DNA of 63,113 nt, counting the filler, from Octopus bimaculoides (Eukaryota), in the NCBI RefSeq assembly GCF_001194135.2. It is 4 parts of 4 records of this genome, joined end to end, with 100 filler letters (N's around TTAATTAATTAA, not from the genome) between each part and the next. Parts side by side here need not be neighbours in the genome. Positions count along the whole stretch, not along the records: positions 1 to 27,643 come from NC_068981.1; positions 27,744 to 52,824 come from NC_069005.1; 2 more parts are not named here. One strand, given 5' to 3'. Under the pieces are notes generated by a model. The model was not told the origin of the DNA. It searched no databases and saw only the letters and a program-made list of their open reading frames with translations. The position numbers and the translations under genes were made by a program. Below, in pieces: positions 24,153 through 37,173 of the stretch (its first letter is position 1; the number at the start of each line of letters is the position of its first letter).

Positions 24153-27100
24153 ATTTCAGCACTTATCTTTCAGATATTGCACTAGTCATTCCAGCCTTCA
24201 TCATTCCAACCTATTTTTCTTCCACTCATCATTATTTAAGACCACATTATTTAGTGTGATTCACCCATTTTTTTTTTTTTTGAGACGGTAGAATGTTGTG
24301 TGCAGGAGTACCGATTACTTTGGTAAATCAAAAGAAATTTAGCTGGCTAACATCGCAAAACTAATTATTGAATTCTTTACATTCATAATTTATCAGCATT
24401 ACAAAATGAAATCATATTAGGGTGAAACATTGTTTGTTATTCGGCACCCCTCTTCAGTAATGTTTGTACATGTAATGTAATGAAGTTGGCTTCAGTAACT
24501 CTTGAACTTTCTTTACCAATAGTATCCTTGGACAAAAGAAAGGAATATTAGTTTTGTATCTATTAGAATGATTTAGAAGAAACCAACTAAAATATCCTAG
24601 TATCTCCATTTCCGTCGATGAAAATTTACTAGTAAAATATTTACACTTTTTACGCTGATTTTAACATCAATATCCTTAATCTTCAAATATTTGCTCTTTG
24701 CCTAAAGAAAAACATGTTTCATGCTTTTGTGTTATTGAGAAGTGGTAAGATTCTCCGGGAGACGAAAATTATTTGAAATATATTTTAGACTGTATGGTAG
24801 AAATATTTCACTTCAATTCTCTTGTATAAAATGAAATAGCTGTTATATTTCACTGGTTTATGTTTGGTTCAAATATCGAATTATTCTATAGCTGAGTTGT
24901 ATCACAATCGAAAGCATAATGGAAAACTACCGTCCAGTATTTGGTCATTCCCCTGTACCGGGTTTATTCAAATCGCGTTACTTTTTCTAAGACAATCACG
25001 CAATTATTACAATTTATGTCTGAAAATGTGTGTTTCCTTCAATATATGAAAAGTAAATACATACATACACACATATATGTATGTATACATACAAGCGTAC
25101 ATGCATGTATGAATCTTCCTTCATTGGAATTATCAATCAGTGTTCCTTATTTTTAAATGTATGGATACATTTTGGTTCAGATACATATGAAAGTTCTTTT
25201 GGATAGCGTTAGAAATGGTGTTAGCAAAAATGTTATATTAGAATTTAGTATCTTGTGGGAATTTTGGAATAGTTGCTAAAGATGTTGGTGATGTCTACTT
25301 CATTGGCATAATCGACATCTCTGTATCACAAGTTTGTTGCCTCTAAACACATCCTTATTTCTCTTATTGCAGAAGAAGCTGGTTCCTGTTTCTGACTAAC
25401 AAATCCCAGCCTTCCTGTTGAAACGAGACTACGAGACACATCTACCACAAGTTCTGGGGAGGCAACACTTCATGTCCATGTTTTTAGTATGTATGCATGT
25501 ATGTATCAATGAATGAATATGTAGGTATCTGTATATGCTTATATATTTGTGTGTGTGTGCATGTTATTTGTGCATGTACCTGTGTGTATGCGAGTATGTA
25601 TGCATATGTATAGATAAAATCAAAAGCACTGAAGCTCTTGATGGTATTTCGACTAAGGTCTGAAAGATCCATCCACTTAATGCGTATTTTGTTCGATGAT
25701 CTACGAATTTATAAATCTATGTCATTACCTTTGTTTCCTGTTATAATTTCATTTCGTATTTATTTAATATTCCAGTTCATTTTGTCAGCTCTAGAATCAT
25801 AAACGACAAAGTTAGTCTCGATGGAATTTAAACTAAGAACTTAAGGCTTCTTATTTAAACATCCATTTTATATTCACTTTATCCACCCTAGAAAGGAAAG
25901 AGAAAAGGATTTGAACTGAGAATGTAAAGTATCTTAACTACATATTCGCTTCATTGATCCTGGAAGAATAAATGGTAACTTTGGTCTCTATGATGTTTGA
26001 AATGAAAACGTAGAAATTCTTGCGGACATACGGTGAATATTTTGTCTGATGCACCTACGATATTTCCAGAGAATCAACAATTCTGGATATTAGTTTTTAA
26101 GTCATGCCGCAAGTCTATACATTTTCAGGCGGCTATATTCATCTAAATTTCTCCTTGGACTTGAAATAATCCATGTGCCCGGTATATATTTTAATGGACT
26201 TAGAATTATTAACAATGGGTAATGTCAATAAATAATTTGGTAGAAATATTAGTAGGAAGACTAAGGCATTCAGATTGCCATACAACTTGTAAAATGTATA
26301 AAAATTCGATTTCAGATTTTGAAATCTGTGTTCTTAAGTATTCTTTTGACTTCTCTGTGATCAGAGTGACAAATATGAATTAGCATGCATGAAGATAAAT
26401 TCAAAGAAGATTTGGATGTGTTTTGAAATGAGAACATTTATGGGCATAATTAAATGCCACTGTGCATTTTTCCAATGCTTTACTGATTCTGCTATACACA
26501 CCCTAATCTCTCGCGTACTATCCCCCTCTTTTTCTTTCCCCATACATACATACATACATGTGCAGTATATATAGCTAAATATGCATATATATTTATGTAT
26601 GCATAACATATATAGCCTTAAATATTTTTATATATACATAAACTCTCTCTTACTCTCTCTCTCTCTCTCTCTCTCTTTCTTTCTCTCTCTCACTCTCTCT
26701 CTCACACACGCAGATACATAGGCACACACACACGTACTGGATAATATTTAATATAATAAGTAATAATATATATTCTTTTATATNNNNNNNNNNNNNNNNN
26801 NNNNNNNNNNNNNNNNNNNNNNNNNNNNNNNNNNNNNNNNNNNNNNNNNNNNNNNNNNNNNNNNNNNNNNNNNNNNNNNNNNNNNNNNNNNNNNNNNNNN
26901 NNNNNNNNNNNNNNNNNNNNNNNNNNTATATATATATATATTTGTAGCGCAATATCTGCAAACATGTAAATATGTATATATCAGAAATAGATCAATCAAA
27001 CAGTTGATGGATCATTACCGACATGGCCTCATTTGCATTCTTTATATTCCAATACATTATTTTGTGAATGTTCAAAAGTATAATTGCAATATGAATGAAT

Positions 27101-27592
27101 TATCGATCAATACTAATTTTTCTCGAAGAACACCCGAGAATGGTCGGTGATGCTATAGAACTTCACAAAATCTGAAAATTTTGCTTTTAGAAAAGTATAA
27201 ACATCTCAAAATCTCATTTATTGCTTTCTATTTAAGTGTTATATGACTGGAGGAGGTCAACATATTATCACATATAAAACGAGTTAGTAAGATTTATTCA
27301 TGCACGATATTTTTCCTACATAGAGCAGAAAAATTCCCCCTTCCATAATCCTTTTTCGCATTAAAAGTAAAACATAGAGGTTAATATTGCGTGTAGTGAC
27401 TAATATATCACATGATAGAAATGTCTTCCCTGGAACTATTTCGCTATAGCTGGTTTCAAACATGGCTGACCTAGATTAATAACATCACAGAGAACTTATA
27501 AGCGACTTGCGAAATCATTGTTTTTATGGAAGTTCAAATTACTTAGATGACTAACAAACTTGGAAAAATCAAACAATCATAAATTAGTATGT

Positions 27593-27643
<51 letters not shown>

Positions 27644-27743
27644 NNNNNNNNNNNNNNNNNNNNNNNNNNNNNNNNNNNNNNNNNNNNTTAATTAATTAAN
27701 NNNNNNNNNNNNNNNNNNNNNNNNNNNNNNNNNNNNNNNNNNN
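27644..27743. other. Artificial scaffold linker 44N-TTAATTAATTAA-44N
   Basis: Exactly 100 bp, with an identical layout at 52825-52924 and 60398-60497. Confidence 0.95.
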
Positions 27744-28504
27744 TGCATGAGCACGCGCTATTCTGTTCTTTTTTCTCTTCTGGCATCTGAAGCCTCGGGA
27801 AATGCTTGTCAAAAGAACAAGACAAGCGTTCCAAAATTATGTTTCTCGACATTTTTCAAATGTCAAGAAGGAAATTTTTGTATTTTGCTAGGGCCGAAAC
27901 TGCCCCTGGGGGTCAATTCCTGCCCTTGAAAATACACACAAATGAAGCCTAGGTGCTTAGCAACAAAATTATTAAAAAATTCCAACAAAATGTGGACAGT
28001 AAAAGGTCAAATAAACGTTTACCTTCGCAGCCGATGTGACAGCACGTCCGTGAGAAGAGATAGATAGATAGATAGATAGATAACGAAAATTATCTTCCGG
28101 CAAAAGGTAGATAAATGAATTCGCTGTAAATTCCTAAAACAATAAATTAAATTTATTCTAGTTTTTTTCCTCCCATCGAACTTTTTTGCAATATAAATAA
28201 ATAAACAAAACTTTGTGTGTTGAATTAATTTGTCTTTTTTTCCTTTTTCTTCCATTTTTCCTTTTTCTCCTTTTTCTTTCTTTCAATGCTCGTGTTTGTG
28301 TTTTCTTCGGCTTTGGATTTGTATTTTTAATGTGGTTTTATATTATATATGTATCATGCATACGTGTTAAATTCCAATAAAATATAAGGTGCTTTACAAT
28401 AATGAATAGATGTATTAAAAAATTGGACGAAAAAGAATTAACTGTCCAAGAATTAAACTCCGGATCTATTAAAACAAAACAAATTCAACTGTCACCGTTA
28501 AGCT

Positions 28505-28915
28505 GATGTAAAGCAACGAACTGGTAGAAACTTTAGCGCGCCGGACAAATCACTTAACGGCATTTCTCCCGATTCTTTACATTCAAATTAAGGCACGGTA
28601 AATTTTGACTTTCATTTTTCGGAATCGATAAAATAAAGTACTGGAGCTGAAGTAATCGGCTAACCTCCTCTTCTAAAAATTGCTGGCCTTGTACCTAAAC
28701 TTGAAACCATTAGTGCTAAAAGACGCGTCGCAGGAAATGCTTAGCGACATTTCCTCTGATTCTTTATGATCTGAGTTCAAATGCCGCCGAGATCAAGTTA
28801 TCTTCAATCCTTTCGCGGTCGATAAAATAAACAGCAATCAAATAATAGGGTCAATATAATCGACTAACTTGATCTGCCTAAAAGAAGCTGGCCTTCTGTA
28901 AAAAATTGAAACTAT
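28505..28915 (+). mobile_element. Two tandem degenerate SINE family 3 copies
   Basis: Both contain ..GCTTAG/CTTAAC..CATTTC..GATTCTTTA..TCGATAAAATAA...GCTGGCCTT..AAA.TTGAAAC. Relatives occur at ~38200-38320 (+) and 59590-59725 (-). Confidence 0.6.
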
Positions 28916-29671
28916 TATTAAGCTGATGCTTTTTGGAACAAATCATCGTGACATCTTAATGGAAACGTTTTAAATTTAGATCGGTCTAATAGACGCTTGA
29001 ACCACAGAACTAAGGGTCGGTATCTGGTGGGTTGGTGTAAAAGTCCACTAATAAACTGTTGTGGTGATCAAGGTGAAGATGTTTGAACGGCTCCATTTCG
29101 TCTAAGTAACAAGTAAACTTCATAAATTAATGAAGAGTACACTGAAAAGTTCATCAAAAACTGTTGATGTTTATTGATAATCTCAAATACAAACACATAC
29201 ATCTTCATACATACATACAGATACGTACATATATAAACATGCAATGAAGAATCACACACATGCATACATACATACAGACGCAATGCATAATCATGCATAA
29301 TATATCCTATTTTTATACATTATCTATCTATCTACCTGTTATTCTATGTATTTCCAAATATATAACACCAGTAACTGTGTGGCGGCTATTTGTATAGGAA
29401 AACAACTCCACCACCTTTATCTCATCTTCTTCCTCCTCCTCCTCCTCCCTCTAAAACCGCTACTACTACTACTACTATTGTTGATGATCATGGTGATGTT
29501 AATGGTAATAAATCTAGTTCCACTTGGATTCTCTCCATCTCTTTTATCACTGAAAGTGTTTGATTATTGGCAAACAACCAAGTTTGCTGGGTTGATTAAT
29601 TGGAACAAAGAATATTCAAGAAAAATATATGTGTCCGTCTAACAACAGCTAACTACACACACACACACACA

Positions 29672-29709
<38 letters not shown>

Positions 29710-29913
29710 ATGTAGATATGTAATAGAAAGATACACACATATATATGTATATAATGCATAGACATATAAGTATATGTTGTATGTTTATAAATATGGATGT
29801 CTATATATGTTCGTATATATTGTATAGAATGTCTACGAATGTACGTATTTATGTGTGTATATGTATGTGTGTATGTATTTGAACATATATATATTTTTAT
29901 ACTTTATATGTAT

Positions 29914-30060
29914 ACTAGCAGTATAACCCGACGTTGTCCAAGTGTGACTTATTACGCCATCTACAACAAGTCTTGCTAGGTGAAAATCAACTAAAAAGGA
30001 AAGCCTTACAACGAAAAAACCCTTATGATGTAAATATGTTCATAATTCAAAAGACGATGA
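29914..30060 (+). mobile_element. Possible non-autonomous Helitron/Helentron-like 5' end
   Basis: ACTAGCAGTATAACCCGACGTTGTCC resembles the ACTAG..CCCGGCGTTGCCCG start of such elements. No 3' end was found. Confidence 0.3.
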
Positions 30061-30069
30061 AATTAATAG

Positions 30070-31190
30070 GGAAAGTCTGAAGGTGTGATCGGCTCTTCAC
30101 AGCATTCTGCTTCCCGCCCCGAGAGATGCAGCATACCGGCCAGGAAGTCCGTGAGGTCCCTCCTACACTCCGGCCCGCCGCCCTTCCCGAAAAGCAGGGT
30201 GAAATGCTCCTAAAAGACCTTACACATCTCCTCGGGTTCGTTTACCAAGTTCCCTTGTTGATTCGTCATAGACCTTATTGTGCCATCATTTCCACGTTGG
30301 GTCTCTATCATATGGGCTCATCTAGCTTTGATTTCCTCTCGTCCCATTGCACGTTGCTTATCCCTGACTATACAACCTTTGTGTTTAGACTCTAGGTGTT
30401 GGTTAAGAGCCAATCTCGCAGCTAAAACTCGGGGCGCAGAGCCAGACTCCAGTGCTTCATATAGGCCTCTAACTAAAACCCTTTCTACTCTATTTTTCTT
30501 AACCATTAACTCTTTGCTATATCTAATAGATTCAATTTTTATGGCTCTTTTGAGGGCATACCACCATTTGTTGTTAATAATGGCACCAGACAATGCCCTC
30601 AACACTAACAGCCTAATCCGACTCCTGTATTCCTCATGAACCAAAAGAGACCTATTGAGTTTCCAGTAGCCGGATCCCTGTCTACGTAATTTATCCAAGT
30701 CTAGTCTACAGGTCACAAATTTGTGATCACTGTAGCTAACGTGGTGAAATTGTGGACGCCTAACTAGGCTTTTGTCTTTAGACCTAATTATAATCCTATC
30801 TAAACAAGATCTAGTAATGACCCATCGCTGTTAGTCCATGTCCACAATGGAGCATCTGGAACATCTAGTCTGTACCTATCTGCCAGCACAGGTTTCCTCT
30901 CCCATCCGGGTACGAGCCAACGTAATCTACTCCTGCATCGCAGATTGCGTTAAAGTAACCAAACATCACTATAGTATGAGACGTACCTAGAAATTTCTCT
31001 AGGTTTCGAAAAAAGCCAGTCTGTTCAGCTCCCGAGGGACGGTACACAGCTACTAGCCTCAGGGCCTTATCCCTGCTGGGCGTCACATTAAAGGACGACC
31101 AACCTGCTTTCCGGGTCGCTAAAGATTGTTTTTGTCTCTATATTCAAACTTTTCCTGAGCAGCACAGCGACACCTCTCCCTCACCAACTT
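30070..31190 (-). mobile_element. L1/Tx1-clade LINE ORF2 fragment: APE endonuclease and linker
   Basis: Reads GRGVAVLLRKSLNIE..SDPESRLVVL, LRLVAVYRP...GYFNAI, SYLDRI, YSDHK, GSGYWKLNRSLL, KWWYALKRAIK. Confidence 0.9.
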
Positions 31191-31203
31191 CCTAGCACGC
31201 TGA

Positions 31204-31575
31204 CATTTTATTGCCCACTAGGGGTGAACATACATGGGACAATAGAAGAACATGTGGGGACACAAAACAATAGAAAAAAAGAAAAAAGCGTATGACAAAA
31301 CATGAAAGATAATGAAAATGAAAAAATGAAAATAAAGTTAGTCGTCCCACTCCAAGCAACTTCATTTACTTCTACTTTGGATACCGTTCCTTTTAGAATG
31401 TCTACTTTGCTCTTTTTTGTGAGATGCGTGTATGACATTTCAGCCGGCAAATTGCTTATACCTATGTTCACCTTCCATACCGTAAACCCACTTTTGTATC
31501 TTTCCACTTTTTCCGTTTGCTTTTCTGATATTAACAAGCAAGCATGCCACCCATTAATGTTCACTAGTATTTATG
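31204..31575 (-). mobile_element. 3' end of a putative ORF1-only retroelement (second copy of the domain at 46170-46460), with UTR and AATAAA
   Basis: GWHACLLISEKQTEKVERYKSGFTVWKVNIGISNLPAEMSYTHLTKKSKVDILKGT aligns without gaps to 46278-46457. The UTR ends GTGGGCAATAAA (AATAAA at 31212-31207). Confidence 0.65.
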
Positions 31576-31581
31576 GACTAC

Positions 31582-31836
31582 TCACACACAGTCTGTGTTG
31601 GCACTCCGTCGCTTACGACGTCGAGGGTTCCAGTTGATCCGATCAACGCAACAGCCTGCACGTGAAATTAACGTGCAAGTGGCTGAGCACTCCACAGACA
31701 CGTGTACCCTTAACGTAGTTCTCGGAGATATTCAGCGTGACACCGTGTGACAAGGCTGACCCTTTGAATTACAGACACAACAGAAACAGGAAGTAAGAGT
31801 GAGAGAAAGTTGTGGTGAAAGAGTACAGCAGGGTTC
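31582..31836 (-). mobile_element. SINE family 1, truncated by a gap
   Basis: Reverse complement of the 4320-4560 body. Confidence 0.85.
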
Positions 31837-32331
31837 NNNNNNNNNNNNNNNNNNNNNNNNNNNNNNNNNNNNNNNNNNNNNNNNNNNNNNNNNNNNNNNN
31901 NNNNNNNNNNNNNNNNNNNNNNNNNNNNNNNNNNNNNNNNNNNNNNNNNNNNNNNNNNNNNNNNNNNNNNNNNNNNNNNNNNNNNNNNNNNNNNNNNNNN
32001 NNNNNNNNNNNNNNNNNNNNNNNNNNNNNNNNNNNNNNNNNNNNNNNNNNNNNNNNNNNNNNNNNNNNNNNNNNNNNNNNNNNNNNNNNNNNNNNNNNNN
32101 NNNNNNNNNNNNNNNNNNNNNNNNNNNNNNNNNNNNNNNNNNNNNNNNNNNNNNNNNNNNNNNNNNNNNNNNNNNNNNNNNNNNNNNNNNNNNNNNNNNN
32201 NNNNNNNNNNNNNNNNNNNNNNNNNNNNNNNNNNNNNNNNNNNNNNNNNNNNNNNNNNNNNNNNNNNNNNNNNNNNNNNNNNNNNNNNNNNNNNNNNNNN
32301 NNNNNNNNNNNNNNNNNNNNNNNNNNNNNNN

Positions 32332-32365
<34 letters not shown>

Positions 32366-32616
32366 CGTACAGTCATAGACACCGACACACAAAGGCACAT
32401 ACACATATATATTTATACATACATACACTTACGCAACTATACATGCGTATGTGCTTGTATATTATATTTCTGCCTGTGTTTATGTGTTTGTGTATGTATA
32501 TACATATGTGCATAAATGTATTTATATACGCACGTATATATACATCTATAAATATATATATTATATAACTGCATATAGGTATGCTTATATACACGTACAC
32601 ATGCACACACACACAC

Positions 32617-32647
<31 letters not shown>

Positions 32648-33269
32648 CATGCATGCAGTTAAGGTTGTATCATGTATTTCTAGATAAATACGTATATATG
32701 TGCATGTGTGTCTAAATATACGTATTTGTGTGTGTGTGTGTGTGTGTGTGCATCAGTGTTTATGTCAACGCATTTATGACTTCGGCAATAATTCACGAAA
32801 ATTTCTAGCTTTTAAACTGATTTCTCATGAGACGGAGACAGTTTCTATGTTACCTTGTAACTAATATTATCTTTCACAACTTCCAGGTGAAGGTAATTAA
32901 GATAACTATATTGTAGAAATTAGTTACTCAGACATTGTAGTCAGCAAATTACCAAACTTCAATAACAATAATAACAACAACTTCAACACAAACAAAAGAA
33001 AATGCATTAAATGATTCGAAAACCTGGGTCAAATGCAACCGATAATGTTCCCTGTGTACGTGGCCATTTGAGAACACTAAACATTACTCTGCCAACGCAA
33101 CATCTGAACCGCTTTATGGTCGGCCTGTTTTGGCATTGATAATAGTTACGTTTACATAGTTTCACTCTGATGAATATTGGCCAAAGAGTCACCATGCCCA
33201 ATTTTATTCTGACATGGTGTGTTTTATACATACATACATACATACATACATGGTAGAGGCCTGAGATCA

Positions 33270-33545
33270 GTGTAGCCGGCCTTCGAATGCAGTATGGTAT
33301 CAGCCAGGCAGCACCAGCTAAACAACAGCAGCAAAAATAAATATATTAATGCAGTCCTACAATTTTCTGGCCATGGCATCCCCCTGGAAGTGTTTTCTCC
33401 AGGAAACTCACATTTCCAGATACTGTATCTCGGGACTCAGAGCTGGAGATTAGAGATCTGAACACGGCAATGCAGGACCGTGTAGTGTGGAAAAGGATTG
33501 GCAATGGAGTTCCGACCAACCATAAGTTGGTCGAACTATGACGAT
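33270..33545 (+). mobile_element. RTE-clade LINE 3' end fragment
   Basis: Reads RKLTFPDTVSRDSELEIRDLNTAMQDRVVWKRI, a typical RTE C-terminus, followed by a short ATGACGATGA tail. Confidence 0.55.
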
Positions 33546-36318
33546 GAGTGTCGAACGATGGAAACTATGCAAAAGGAAGCATTGTATAAAGAAAATTAGT
33601 CACCTAACTTTGGTCACTTGAACTGGTGCACGCACAAATAAGGTAGGGGTTGGAAGAGGGAACAACGAGACATTGGAGAAAATGTCGAGAGCAACGAAAA
33701 GACGGCCAGTTGATTTTATGCATGCACAAACAACGCAGGGGAGAATGAAAGCGTAGATATTGGCAAGAATACTGACAACAATGAAGAACAAACTGTGAAG
33801 AGCAGAGGAGAAGGTGGACAAGTGTTAGCAAAAATATAGACAGTATGACAAGACTATTGAAAGAAATTAATTGGTAGACTCTATGAAACGACAATATATA
33901 GAAAAGGAGGGGAGGAGCGGCCGATACATTCAAGTGTTCGTCAGACGTTATTTACAAGAAAATATCTATCTTTTATGCATATATACACATTATGGTATTA
34001 GAGTTTAAAAGTGGTAAAATTTCTCCGAGTTTGCATAGGGGCGGGATTACAATCTGTATCCTGTAATCATACTTTAATATTTACTATAACGTACGGGATA
34101 CCTGAATTTCAATAACATTTTGTTCCTTCTGTAATCTGTGTCTCAGCCAACATACCAAAGAACTTTTTTTTTAAATCGATGAAGCAATATTAGTTTGTAG
34201 CTTTTGTTTAGTAATTATTAATTTTTAGATCTGTGACTTCATAACTTTTGATATAGAAAAAAGATGGATAAAAGCGGAATCACGTTCCTTTTGTAGAAGA
34301 TAAAAATGTTAGCTCTAAGGGACGATGATTATATTCTTTATTTGAAACAGACATTTGAATTTGAAATATTTTCGAATTCAACTACTTTTGTAGTTTGATG
34401 GAGGTATGGTATGTCGTCAGAACAAAGAAGAAGAAGGAAGAGGTGATGGAGGAGGAAGAAGAATACTGTGTGAAAATATTTCTCTCTTGTTTCTTCTTTT
34501 TACTTCCTTTACTGTTGAAATCCACCTGTTTTGGCGTAAAATGTAATCTTGGAATAAAATCATTGAAAGTTAAATTTGGATCAGAAGGATTACGGGAAAT
34601 CATGCTTCAGAATTGTTACTGTGGATTCGGATCAAATTGATTAGAATTACATCCAATATTTCGTCACACAATTTGAGCGAAGAGAGTAAAGATTAGGCTG
34701 TCAGGATTATCGGAAACCAATAGTTTTCATACTCTACATTATGCAAGCAGGTTTCGACGGTAAAAACCCACAGGAGTTATGCGATCGATTTCTAATTCTC
34801 TCATTTGCATAAAACTGCTTTAGAGAGTGAAAAAGAAGACCGCTATGATCGTCTTCATGGAAGCATACATAAATCAGGCTTGGATTGTATTTGCAAAAGA
34901 AGAGCAAACGAGATTAGTGTTTATTTTGTGTGAGAGGGATAAAAGGTAAAGTTGACCTCGGTGGTATTTAAATTTCAAACACAGAGAAATATTAGACATA
35001 TGTAACTAGAATACCATAGTGCGGCGGTCATATATTATAGTGAGATAACCTTGTTACCACCGCTACACTTCTATCATTAAATAGTACGTTTTCCATTAGT
35101 TGTTGTATCTAAGGAAGCTAATACACTGAATCTTAAAGAATAGTACATTATATAAAACACAAAACACTACCGTAATGTTTTTTGAAAAACGTTTGGACAT
35201 TGTGTGCGGTTTCTTGAATATCTTGCTTTTAAGTATTCTTTTATACCAAAACATTGTGTTACAGTATTTCTAGCCTATAGAAAACTGAAACCAGTTTGCA
35301 TATAATACAGATATCTTACTCTAAGTTTAAAAGTATAAACAAAAGAGAGATTGGGCTGTAGGCAGCATTAAAAAGTCACAACAGTAACAAAGGATTGATA
35401 TCTGTCGCTCTGAGTAGGGGACCTGATGTGAGTTGTCTCGCTTGCGTATGACTTACTTTCAGGTGTTTTAATACCAGGTGCACTGTGAACATATTCTCTT
35501 ACGCCTAAAATTGCAGCCGACCCTCGAACTTTGAAGAACATCTCCGTTTAGATGAAGTTTGTTAAAAAAAAACAAAAAAAAAAACAAACATGCAGTTCAT
35601 TGACGAACACACATCGTTTAAAAGGAGTAGCTGCAATAGCAATCAACATATTCGAACCTGCCAGAATGTATGAAAAACGAATAGACACGTTGTTGTAGTT
35701 CGTGTTCTTGCTGTTTTTATCTGATACGAACCTGGTGTTGCTGTGTGGCGATATCATTTGCAATGATAATCGCCACATGGATTCTAATGTAACCGTTGTT
35801 ATAGATGATGATGTCGATACTGCTGATGATGTTGCAGACTTCTGTCTATTCAGTGCTTTACCAGTAGTTTTATAGTTCGTGTCGGATACAAGAGCTCCTC
35901 ACATTTTCTATTTTTCTGTGGTTTAATGATATTTTTTTTTATTACCATTTTCCTGCTTAGATGTTTGATGCCGAGTTGTATTTCGAATGTGTCCAGTGTT
36001 GGTGTATTGTTCTTGTTGCTGTTTTTCTTTTTATGAGATTCGTTATTTTTTACATATAAATGAGGTTGCATTTTATGTTGCCTTGTTGAATACATACTAT
36101 AATTATTGTATGTACGACAGAATCTATGGTAGTGATTAGCTTTTTGTTTTTGTTTTGGGGTTAAATTGATTTCACTGAATATTTTTGAAGTTTGAAACAC
36201 TTGCATTTCTCGTTGATGTGTGAGAATATTGTGTTGTTAATTAGAAGGTTGTCTGTAGAAAGTTGGACAAATGTTTACTAAACTGTGATAAGCTGTGTGT
36301 ATGGAGCAGATGATACTA

Positions 36319-36365
<47 letters not shown>

Positions 36366-37140
36366 TGTTTTTATATATGTATTATTTCTCTGAAATTTAT
36401 CGAATATTTGAGTTTTCACTATTTCTTATTACTGTGAAGCGAATATAAATTTGAATTTTCGTTATGTAATTTCATTATGAAGTCAGTTGAATATTATATA
36501 TTCGAACATTGTTTTATCGTTAAGGAATTTTTCCTTTCAATTAAAATTTTTTTTACTTACCATTGGCAAAAAAAAAAAAAATTATGAAATCGTTATAGGA
36601 TTTTAATAGTTCTGTTTAAAAACGATTAAGAATAAGCTACAATTCATTTTAAGGTACATGCAAATTCAACCCTCAAACCAGTTTTCCCATATATATGCCG
36701 TCAAAGGTTACAGATGTCTGCGAGGAAGCCGAATAAACTAGTACTTTACAGACGAAGTACCCTGAGGTAGCCCTGAGTTGCGAATACTCTTTTAGCACCC
36801 ACGCTCTTAGAAATGAAGTGGATCAGAGATTCACCTGTCAGACACTATTGGCCAACACTATTGGTCACTAGTTGTGATATAAAATAAGTAAAAATTCATC
36901 GACCATGTTCAAAAAATAATGCTTATTTTGTGACTTGACGAGAATCATTCACTTCAACAACCCGATAATGTAGAGTAATTCTGTGTTGCTATTTTGTATT
37001 GCTTTTATATAACTAGAATTTATCTGTACACAGGTAGTTGATTACAACAGCTCATAGCATCTGGACTCGTATCAAATCCATCATCATCATCGTTATTATT
37101 ATACTTATTGTTATAATAAGGATAATAATAATAATGATAA

Positions 37141-37173
<33 letters not shown>

